A DNA stretch of 20,000 nt from Folioceros fuciformis (Eukaryota), in contig JBNGIO010006211.1 in the NCBI GenBank assembly GCA_049999805.1, positions 49,026 to 69,025 of the forward strand, read 5' to 3'. Every line of letters begins with the position of its first letter. The first letter of the stretch is position 1. Of this stretch, positions 1 to 9,385 are shown piece after piece. The notes beneath the pieces are model-generated. The model was not told the origin of the DNA. It did not search any database and saw only the letters and a program-made list of their open reading frames with translations. The translations under genes were made by a program, and so were the position numbers.

Positions 1-1584
1 GCAGCTCGAACGAGACAAGCAGGTGTGTGCGTTGCCGCTTGTAGGGCAGCAGACAGAACCACTACGCTGTCACCCTAAGTTAAGTGGCCATCTAAGCAAC
101 CTGAAGTTCGGCTTTCGATAAAAGCTTATATTGTTTGTGCAAGATTCGCCACTGAGGGAGGATTCTTGAAAGTTTATATTACACAGTTGTGCTTGTATTA
201 AAATACACTCTCAGATTCCATCCCTCCAGTTGATTTGCACCCATAGGAAATTCGATTCACACTTCCTCCTCGTTTGGGGTGGATGGGTTATTTCACTTCT
301 CTTTAACAGAGTCTCCCAGGTGCAAGCAAATGCCCAGGCAGCAAGAAGGTTCTTCAGAAAACCGCTCAACAGTGTGCAGAACAAAATTTAAATGCCAGGA
401 TAGGTGGTGGCCAAGATAGTAAGGGCCGGACCTCCTGCTGCTGGTGATTCGTCGTAGCCGTTCAGCCAGGAAATACTTGGTCCGGAAGGTGGGTGATTCC
501 AGCCTGGAGTCTTGGATCACCCACGAGCAACAGGTTGTAAAGACCTTTGCCCAAATCAAGGGATTGTAATGCCGAATCAATTTGTGCTTCGTAGGTCTCT
601 CTCCCCTGGTGGATCTAGCTTTTTGAGGCAAACACTGTCAGGATAAATTGAATCAACATGTTTGATGGTGCCCGTTTCTGGTTGTTTTCTCTCTGGTCCG
701 AAAAAAGATAGGCTTAATGTGCTAAGAGCTTCTTCAACAAACAAATGGATTGAAGACGTTGGTTCTTCATAAGCTGAATCCTGGAGTGACCGAGCTGGCT
801 GGACCTCAGAACTAAAGGAGCATTGTTCTCTTCCTCATCTTCAGCCTCAGATCCTGAGCTGGAGGACAGGGGCCGGGCCTTTGTCGTTCAACGAGTCGAA
901 TTGTTCTCGTCCTCTAGGTCTTGAGGAACTTGATAATTCTTGCTTGCTTCACAGCAGCCTGCTGCAAATCTGCCATTTGCTGGGTAGCTCCTTGAAGTCC
1001 CAGAATGAGCGCGTTTGATCTCCTAAGCAGCTCGTCATGCGCTCAGGCTACCCTGGACTGTCAACAACGGATGTGCGCTATGACAAGCACGTTGCACCGT
1101 CCTTCCGACCATAAAGCGATGCATGGCTTGCTCTCAGCGTCCAGAGCACTTGTGACATATTCTCTACAGCCTTCTCATGGCCTTGATTTGTGAGTTCGAC
1201 GTGTGTGCCTTTTCAGTTTTCATGCCTACTGATGGCACATACCTGTGCAAGAGTTGGAAACAAGCTTTTCTTTCACAAAACAGAGGCTTGCCTCGATCGC
1301 TATGTATGTGTCAGAGCTGGAAGGGCTTGGCACAGCGTGAGGTGCGACCTCAGGGCTTGAGTTTGCGTTCTTCCAACTTTGAAGGTTAATACTTGAATGA
1401 CGCAAGATCGCAAGAGAAGAAGAGTATAAACTACTCAACCCTAACAAGCCATAAGCAACTTCTGTCTATGAAAACATCTTCTACTGTCATGTGTATTGTG
1501 CCTTTCTTCCAGCAACAAGTGTCCAATCACCCAACGCTAGTCAACATAACATCAGACGATAGGATGCACAAGCCTAGTTAAAGT

Positions 1585-2960
1585 GACATCTTTGGCACCC
1601 GTTGCTAAGTACACCCTTTCATATTCTGAACTCTAGCAACATCTCTGAACACCAGTGGCCAGTTTGCGGCTTTCATATTCCCAACTAGGGCATGTTCCAA
1701 ATTAGGGCGACATCTTTGACACCAATTGGCAATACGCCCTTCCATATTTTAGACTCCAGCTACCTCATTTGCCACCAATGGTGAGTACGCCATCCTCATG
1801 ACAACTAAAAGTATAAGGAAGGTGACATCTTCCACGAATTACCATCTTTGCTACCACTAGCTAGTACACCCTTTCACACCAATTAATTGTACGCCCTCCA
1901 CATGACAACAAGCTAGTACACCCTTGCACACCAATTAATTGTACACCCTCCACATGACAACGAAAACCATAAGGAAGACGACATCTTCCACGCATTAACA
2001 TTTTTGCCACCGTTTGGCCAGCACACCCTTTCATATTCAAGACTCTAGCTACATCTTCCCCACTAGTGGTGAGTACGCCTTGCCCATGATGACAAAAAGC
2101 TAGCACAATGAAGGCGACATCTTCTACAACGGTGGTCAAAACACTCCTTCATATTCCAAACCCATGCTCCATCTTTTGCACTAGTGGTCAGTGTACTCCC
2201 TTTCATATTCCAGACCTAGGCTTAATCTTTTGCGCCATGTGTCAGTATTCCAGTGTCAGCATCTACAAGGCTTGCACAATATGCCCCATCCACATCACAT
2301 ACACAATTTGTCCCGTCAACATCTTGAAGGCTTGCACAATATGCCCCATCCACATTACTTACACAATTTGGCCCATCAACATCTGTAAGGCTTGCAAAAT
2401 ATGCTCTGTCAACATCTCTAAGGCTTGCACAATACGCCCTGTCAACATCTCTAAGGCTTGCACAATACGCCCTGTCAACATCTCTAAGGCTTGCACAATA
2501 TGTTCCATTAACAGCTCCAAGGCTTGCATAATATGTTCCATCAACATCTCGAAGGCTTGCACCATACGCCCCGTCAACATCTCTAAGGCTTGCACAATAC
2601 ACCCCTTCATAAGGCTTGCACAATACACCCCTTCATAAGGCTTGCACAATACACCCTTTCATATTCTAGGTCCAGACTTTGTGGTCAATACTCCATGAAA
2701 AGCTTGTGCAACAAATGTCCTTTCAAATTTGATACGCCCTTTCATATTTCAGACCAAGGCTCCATCTTTTCCAACAATGGTGTGAGTATGTCCTTTCATA
2801 TTCCTGACCTAGGCTTCATTTTGGCACCAATTGTCAATGTACAATACTTTAGTGACATATCAAGGACTTGCTTCACTTGTGGCACCATGTGTCAATAGTA
2901 CAATACTCTAGACATCTCGAAGACTTGCACAGCACCCATGCCCTTTCATAATCCAAACTG
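1585..2960. repeat. Degenerate satellite array (~52-55 bp unit) with more homogeneous internal sub-arrays
   Basis: Motifs ACATCTT...AGTAC(A/G)CCCTTTCATATTC(C)AGAC recur throughout. There is a near-exact 52-bp duplication at 1860-1960. Confidence 0.85.
2268..2662. repeat. Minisatellite core: 60-bp x2 (2268-2387), 33-bp unit AACATCTCTAAGGCTTGCACAATACGCCCTGTC (several copies), 26-bp unit TAAGGCTTGCACAATACACCCCTTCA x3 (2585-2662)
   Basis: Units read directly. The 33-bp period explains the 11-aa repeats (SKACTIRPVNI) in the ORFs on both strands. Confidence 0.92.
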
Positions 2961-3478
2961 AGACTCCAAAGTGAGTACTCAAGCGACATTTTTTGCAATA
3001 GCAGTCAATACTACCTTTCATGTGCATAAGCTTCCCATCAAACGCTCCGAAACGATTTGTTAAATATTGGATCCTAATTAAGTAAGTTTGCACGGTGAAT
3101 TGCTCGGGAAGAATCTGGGAAGGACCGCTCGGCCAGCTCACGCAGTGTGGGAAAACGATTTTTTCATGGTTCGCGCGCTCACTGTTGTTTACCTCTAACC
3201 TGGGAGGCATGAACTTTGACAAGCTGCTGTGTTTCGCATTCTAATTCGTTGTTGTGCCACCGTGGGATGTGGGGTGCCCCGGCTGTTGTAACAACATGTA
3301 CGTCCATATGCACGCCTAACCTGCTTCGGGTTATCCTGCCTTGGTTCCGTGATCTGATTGGAATTGGCTACTCCCCGGCAGTTGTTATTTGCTCTGCTGC
3401 AGCGCTCCGGTCTTCAGCCACGCGACGACAGTGGTTACAGCACAGATCCTGCGGATCCGTGCTTTGCCATCCTATCGC

Positions 3479-3493
3479 TAGGGTTTAGGGTTT
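3479..3493. promoter_or_regulatory. Short plant telomere-type repeat / telo-box-like motif (TAGGGTTTAGGGTTT)
   Basis: About two copies of TTTAGGG-type sequence, which reads AAACCCTAAACCCTA on the minus strand. No function is demonstrated. Confidence 0.4.
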
Positions 3494-4593
3494 GCTCGCC
3501 TAACCAAAGGATTCTCCAACAGGAGGAAGGTTGAATAAATTCTTATGGCTACCTACAATGGGACCCTATCCGTTTGTCGGAGAGGGCATTATGTAGCGGG
3601 ATGAAGCAGTGTGAATGGCCTACTGTAGGCGTCGGGAATCAAATTTTGAGAGGTGTGCTTCGGTTTTCTTGGAAGGTTCAGTTGTATGCCCTAGTAGTCA
3701 GACCAAGGGGGTTCCATGTTAGTCACGAACCTGATCAGGCGTAGAGTGCTCACCCTTGTGGCAAAAGGGCAATGTTATGACGGACCTCGCCATCCTGGCA
3801 CGACCTGTGCCGTCTGTAATTACACGCCGACGTTCGATTACTCTTTGGCTAAGTTAGCCGGAGGGCTACAATTGGAGAAGGGGCAGCCGTGAAAAAAGGT
3901 CCCCGAAACCAAAGGTAAACATTTGTGCTTTGGGACAAGGACATCACGGCAGACAACGGCAACCGAGGCTGCGTCCGCATTGGCAGCCAGGCAACCGGAA
4001 CCTATCCGCAGGCAGGCCTTCACGATCGATTTCTCCTTGCTGCGGATTCCGATTCCACCAACATCTTGTTTGTCGATTGCAGCGCCGGGTACGTGCAAGT
4101 CCAGGGTTGTTCGCGATTGAAATGCTCTGACTGCTGGGTATGCACAACACAGATTTTGATGAGGACCAAGGGAGGGAGCAGGAGAGGCTGATTCGACCTG
4201 ACCATGCTAGTTCTGCTCTCCCTCTGAAGCCCCGTGCCTTACTGAAGGGTGGGCCAGCTGCACTGACGAGCATTTCAGGAAGCTGGCAGAGTGTCGACTT
4301 TTCTCGGTACGAGGGACACATGGAATGCCATGAGTATTCGAAGTAGGGCCTCCACTATAGCCCACGTCCCAGGGAGCCATCTCTATTGACAATGAAGTGC
4401 AAGAATGTAGCGAGGCTGCACCCCATTCAGTCACAGTTCCGCACTAGGAATTGGGGCATGGAGCAACCGCGCGAGAGAACAATGGTCGCATTCCGTGTCC
4501 TTGACCGATACATCTTTTCGAATATCATAGCATCTTGATGACTTATTACAACCAACCTGAATTTAGAGTATTAATCTCAACGGGGTAAGGTAA

Positions 4594-5062
4594 TGTTAGG
4601 CGAGCTTCGGTATCCTCAACTTGAGCTACATACTCGTGTTCAATAATAGCAAAGGAGCTCTCTCTCTCTCGTTAAAACCCTATTAAAATTAAATTCTTAA
4701 GAATAATTTTAAAATAATATAATTATAATAAGTTACATTCAAACTCGACAGCGGACATAACTCACAATCGTTGCTTATAAATGGGCTGGCTTGGTTCATA
4801 CATAGGAAGTATTTTAAAGTGGGTGAGCCTAAAGCCACACTCAAGTGCATTGGTATTTACCATTGAGCCCACAATGACACTCATGTGCATTGGGGTATTC
4901 GCCAATGAGCCCGAAGCAACACTCAAATGCTATTGGCATTTGCCATGTGTGTGCCATGTTATGTGCTATTGCTATTCACTATGTGTGTGCCAATAACATG
5001 GCTGGTTCAGCCATGTGTGTGCCATTAACATGGCTGGTTCAGCCATGTGTGTGCAGCTAACA
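4594..5062 (+). mobile_element. Possible LTR (3' LTR or LTR fragment) abutting the old LINE
   Basis: Starts TGTTAG and ends CTAACA (6-bp terminal inverted repeat). It is preceded by purine-rich ACGGGGTAAGGTAA (PPT-like) and has an internal TATAAAT near 4776. No TSD and no second copy in the window. The 3' end lies inside a tandem repeat, so the match may be coincidental. Confidence 0.3.
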
Positions 5063-5067
5063 TGGCT
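4981..5067. repeat. 32-bp tandem repeat (~2.7 copies) containing a perfect 9-bp hairpin ACATGGCTG-GTT-CAGCCATGT
   Basis: Hairpins at 4996-5016 and 5028-5048, with a partial third copy at 5060-5067. Confidence 0.85.
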
Positions 5068-5355
5068 ATTTCAAATGAGTTGAGATAAGATGGGCTAGAG
5101 AAGAGGACTTACCCCCATAAATTTATCTTTTTCAAGTTATAGCAAAATAAAAATAAAAATTCAATCTCCGACTACCTAGTATAAGTGGTATGAGGCAAAC
5201 CTTTTTAGGAGGGCTGAAATGGCATTTGCATGATCATTTCTTAAGCTTCTTGTCCTGTCCAACAAAGGCGGACTTATGGGCTGGGAGGAGCTATGGAATG
5301 TTGCATACAATGAATTCCCTACCAAAGACTTTATAGTTTAGCAGCACAAATTGAA

Positions 5356-5493
5356 AATTGTCTTCTCCAAGATGAATGAAGTGAAGAATTATCTTCTCCA
5401 AGATGAATGAAGTGAAGAATTGTCTTCTCCAAGATGAANNNNNNNNNNTGAATGAAGTGAAGAATTGTCTTCTCCAAGATGAATGAAGTGAAG
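5356..5493. repeat. 31-bp tandem repeat (AATTGTCTTCTCCAAGATGAATGAAGTGAAG) spanning an assembly gap
   Basis: Copies start at 5356, 5387, 5418 and 5463, with 10 N at 5439-5448. The unit derives from old-LINE RT sequence. True copy number is unknown. Confidence 0.8.
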
Positions 5494-6755
5494 AAAGCTC
5501 TAGTCGATACACCTAATGGAGAAACCCTAGGTCCATATGGCCTTTCCAAAGAGTTTTTTTATTCGGGGGAGCAAATTCCTATGTGATCTTCCAATGTTGA
5601 CTATGGTAGATATTATTGAAAGAGGTACCTTGGGGGTGAGCGTGAATGAAAGTCTAATCACTCTTCTCCCTTACTCAAATGCATCTGAGTCCGTGATTGG
5701 TATAAGATTAGCTTGGTGAATATCTTATACAAGTTCATTACCAAAACCTTGGCCAATCATCTTTAGCACAAAGCTACATGGTTGAATTGGAGCTGGCTAG
5801 CGGGGATTTATCAAGTGTAGGTGTACTTTAAGCAATTTGCTTCTGATTAGAGAGGCCACAAGGTGGATTTCTTAGACATGCATCTTAGCAATCCTCATCT
5901 TACTCAACTTTGTAAAAGAGTGTAATGCAATTGAGTGGTCTTTCTTATTGAAGTATGAACAACAATTCATATGGCCCTTCCTTTTGTAGATGGATCTTCA
6001 TCACTACATAAGATGGGAGAGGGAGGGTGGTTGCTAATAATGATGTCATTGTAAGGTTCTGATTGGCAAATCGACCGCCTAGGTTGTCCCCTTGCCTTCG
6101 CCTTGTTTACCAAATCACAGACTTTCTCGTGTCGAAGATTAACAACTTACAGAATGATATAGGAATCAAGGGATCCTATGGAAGCGAGCTTCACATTTCT
6201 TATTTAGCAAGTGATACATTGTGTGGCTTTTTTTTGTGCTCTCTAACTGTAAGGAAAATTAGGGAAAGACCAAAATGTTGTGCCAAGATGTGGAGGTTGA
6301 TGTGCATGCATTAGGCGAACATTTGACAATGTTCAAGGGCCTAATTCCACAAATATCTTGGAATCTCATTATAGAGAGAAGATTAGAATGCAATATTTGC
6401 AAGTTGAACTTCATATTTTAAAAAATTCATCCATGAAGTCAAGGCTACAACTTAGTATGCCTACCAGAATTATTGTTCTCTATCATATACGTAACGCTAC
6501 CTTATGATACTTCATCTTCGTAAGGGTTTCATATACTAACGACATTAATAGGTTTAGGTCACTTATTTAAGGCTCCTTCATGAAGTCTGAGGCTGAATTT
6601 CTTTGAAATCGCCCAAATGATGAGGCTGCCAAAATGAGAAAGGTTGCATGGAAGATTTTGATGAGCCTCAAGTTGAAGGGGGCTTGAGACTTAGTGATCT
6701 ATTCTCAAAAAGTAGAACCTACTTACTCAATAGATACTCTAGGCTATCGAGCTTA

Positions 6756-6859
6756 CTGACTTCCTTTAAAAAGGTTTCCTATCATATAGATTACAAAGTA
6801 CTNNNNNNNNNNCTGACTTCCTTTAAAAAGGTTTCCTATCATATAGATTACAAAGTACT
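6756..6859. other. Assembly gap (10 N, 6803-6812) flanked by an exact 47-bp duplication; probably a contig-overlap artefact
   Basis: 6756-6802 is identical to 6813-6859. Confidence 0.8.
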
Positions 6860-7299
6860 AAGCTGTCACACATGGGGGCTCAATATCTTCTCAAAATTTT
6901 TGCTCTTTTCATTATATTGGCTACTTCTAAAAGATCCTTATTATGGAATTCCACTGGAGCTAGTTTCTACCAAGTCTTCAAGTTATGTAATGGTATACTC
7001 CCGCATCTAGGATCTATAGAGGATTTGGCCCTCCCTTAACACACCTACATGACATTTGGAAGACTCATAGAGTAGTCGCAACCAGACGATCTCAACACCT
7101 TTGTAATACTAGGTGGCAAGGAATTGTCTCCCTTGTAAATCTTTGGGACCATAGTGCTTGGCCTTGGAAGCATTCCTAGGCTCTACATTTGCAATACCAA
7201 GTGTCATGGAGGTGTGCAAATTTCATTCTACTTGTTGTGCAAAATGATCTCTTCAATGAAATTCTTGCGCTACTGCAACCCTAAACTCTACAGAAGCCC

Positions 7300-7603
7300 T
7301 GTAACCAAAAAGTTATGAAATAGGAACAACTTCTCAGCGACAGCTATTTTGAGATTAACTTTCTGAAGAGTTGCTAACGATCCAAAAGACCGGTGTAGGC
7401 AGTTAAAAATGAATAGGTAGTTGCTATAAAGCTACCTATAAGAGGTAGCTAAACATTCTTTCGATAATTCACTGAAGAGAGCTTTGCGAGAAAAAGCAAG
7501 ACGATTCAGCATAGATTTGCAAGATGCTAACTGTTTGCAAAGCTTATGGTGAACTGAACATTTGAATCAAAGCTCTTATGTCACAAAATTGCGTCATGTT
7601 TCA
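7300..7603. mobile_element. ~300-bp insertion in the old LINE, solo-LTR-like
   Basis: LALLQ-to-TEEEGI spacing is ~430 nt here versus ~125 nt in the young LINE. The extra segment starts TGTAAC and ends GTTTCA (TG..CA, 5/6 inverted match) and has a TATAAAG near 7425. The flanks AGCCC/ATACT do not form a TSD. Confidence 0.45.
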
Positions 7604-8192
7604 ATACTTGTGAAGAGATTGCATTAGTGTGGTACAAGATGTAGTCGAACTGACATTATGAACTTGTCAAGTGATAACCCTAGAATGCGTGTGTTTTCCC
7701 ACTCATACTGAGGAAGAAGGGATAGCATAAGTTTTGTTCCCTTTATTAATCTCGTGTGAAGTGAGCCACTAAAGAGTGGAAAGATGACTAGGAGCCTTGG
7801 TTTACGAAACCTGACACTACATGGTACACCAAGAAATTGCCCAACCGCTGACCCTCTATGTCCAGATTCGGTATTTTTGTGCTTCCACGCATGGGGAGGA
7901 CGCATGTTTGATATGCTTATTCCGGATCAAGAGGACTATCTCATCTCTATAGAGAAGGCTATTTATCACTATGAAGATAGTCCACTCATCAAGGACGTAG
8001 GAAGCAAAGTCACAAAATCTTTTCTCATTATTTCAACTTCTTGGATGTACAAGCTACTTCTTGATAATTCAACGCTGTTGGACTACAATCACATTGTAGC
8101 GAAGGTTACATTTAGGTCCAGTTTTCACTCTTAGCTTCTCATATTAGTATAAAAAAGTCCAAGAATTTTGAAATGTCAGAGTATGGTGTTCC

Positions 8193-8207
8193 AAAATGTA
8201 AGGTGCA
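8193..8207. repeat. Left target-site duplication of the young LINE (AAAATGTAAGGTGCA)
   Basis: Identical 15-mer at 13893-13907, directly following the poly(A). Confidence 0.92.
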
Positions 8208-9385
8208 TGAGGGTGCTGGCCAGGAAGTGGGGAGTGAGGGAGGGCAAGAGAGGTACGAGGAGGAGGCGGAGTTTGTTCTATCCAGTAATCTGGAAAGAGG
8301 CCGAGGGGTGGAGGTGAGGGAACTGGTCCCTGCATGGAAGTTCCACACTGCTGGACTCCCCAGTCACCGATTTAATAGGGCCGGGCACCCTGTGAATTTG
8401 TCCAGTTTGGAGGACAGGTTTTTGCCCGCAAGTGGATCATCAATAGCTTCCCTGACCAGAGATAAACGTGTGAAAGCCCTCCCAGGCCAGGACATCAAGG
8501 CTGGGAGGCAACAACACGTCCACCCCAGTAGGGTGGGTGGACAGCTGCAAGCCCTTTTATAATTGTCTCAGCCCTCCTGGGAGGCACACTGTTTCCCCTT
8601 CCCCGTAGGAGGAGTTTTTTTCCACCCCTTGTGCAGAAGAAGAGCCTGAACCAATCTGGCATGAAGTGCTAGCTGGTTTCTTGGATGAAGAAGGGGCCAT
8701 CATAGCCTACAATTCAGAGGACAACAAGCTTGTCCAGCTGATGGCGGCCGGGGAGTGGAGAATTGACTGTACTCATTCAACAACTGCGCTCCCATCTAAG
8801 GATGAACATCCAGGAGCCCCTAACTTAGTAGGCACGAGGCTGATACATGTGTCTGTGGCTAGGAAGATGAGAGGCCAGTTCCAATTTCTAGCCTTGGTTT
8901 GTCCTCAAGGTGAGGCGGCTCCTGTGACTATTTCCGCAAATCCGTCACAAACGCTAAAGGAGAAGATCGTTAAGATGTTGGCAACCGGAGGAGTTCTAAT
9001 GAACAGAGAGGGGAAGAAAGTGGAATATTATAGTGGTGTGTATCAGTCAGGTGATCATTTTTTTGTCGACATCCACCTTAAGGAAGTGACTGCGTCGGCT
9101 CTTCCCCTGAAGGCGGAGTGGAGATGGACCTTATCAGCCCCATGGGCTGATGGTCAAGATGGGAAGGCTCTAGTCTAGGAAGGAAGGGGTGGTGAAGGGG
9201 GTGCGCCATACGAAGATGAGGCGGCTACGGAGGTGCGGAAATCAAAGCGGCTACAGCAGAAGTCGCAAGAGCGCAAGCCAAGTAGTCCTTGTGCAGGCTT
9301 GATGCATAGGGGCAACTCTCGTACATCGAAACCTAATGCAGGTAGAAAACTCTTGAGTAAGCAAAACAGCGCCAATGGGAATTGA
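8208..9385 (+). pseudogene. LINE ORF1, C-terminal part (disrupted)
   Basis: Reading frames 8173-8562 and 8666-9178, joined by an inferred frameshift near 8500-8560 and a TAG at 8606. The frame reads through the TAG at 9176 into a basic tail (RKSKRLQQKSQERKP...) ending at TGA 9383-9385, which overlaps the ORF2 ATG at 9375. No RRM or CCHC knuckle is seen in the retained part. Confidence 0.7.

Larger units (their letters stand above)
5063..8207 (+). pseudogene. Old, heavily decayed L1/Tx1-like LINE ORF2, 5' portion (linker, RT, thumb and post-RT region)
   Basis: Manual translation gives motifs collinear with the younger LINE. Pairs: GYFK*VEIRWARE vs GWYKRAKVKWVQE; GWEELW vs AWEDLW; EVKKALVDTPNGETLGPYG vs ALKEMPRNKSPGHDG; NESLITLLP vs NLGLISLLP; LVNILYKFITKTLANHL (~5713) vs LLTTTYKVIAKVLANRL; RCTLSNLLLIREA (~5819) vs RCILDNLLLMREA; RLGCPLAFALF (~6076) vs RQGCPLAPFLF; ELHISYLASDT (~6186) vs QLHISDFADDT; KVAW..EGGLRL (~6640) vs KVVW..LGGLGL; GIVSLVNLWD (~7120) vs GIVQLGHLWN; LALLQ (7264) vs LALLQ; TEEEGI (7707) vs TDEEGI; GSKVTKSF (~8000) vs GSK*DTTKSL. 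Many stops and frameshifts. Confidence 0.88.

Noticed and set aside
293..1581. Short ORFs on both strands, including a possible decayed minus-strand coiled-coil or acidic frame (HDELLRRSNALILGLQGATQQMADLQQAAVKQ; SSSSGSEAEDEEE)
   Set aside because: No recognisable domain, several stops and no supportable exon structure. It may be a decayed TE accessory ORF but cannot be called.
2108..2649. Cys-rich repeat protein ORFs (176 aa +, 133 aa -, 96 aa -)
   Set aside because: Explained by 33- and 60-bp tandem units keeping frames open on both strands. No independent coding evidence.
5291..5549. Minus-strand repetitive ORFs
   Set aside because: By-products of the 31-bp repeat and the N gap, antisense to old-LINE RT sequence.
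6756..6859. 47-bp direct repeat as a biological duplication or TSD
   Set aside because: The exact copies abut a 10-N gap, which is typical of unmerged contig overlap.
8173..8207. ATG at 8173 as the ORF1 start
   Set aside because: It lies outside the element, upstream of the left TSD, in old-LINE sequence. The ORF is chimeric.
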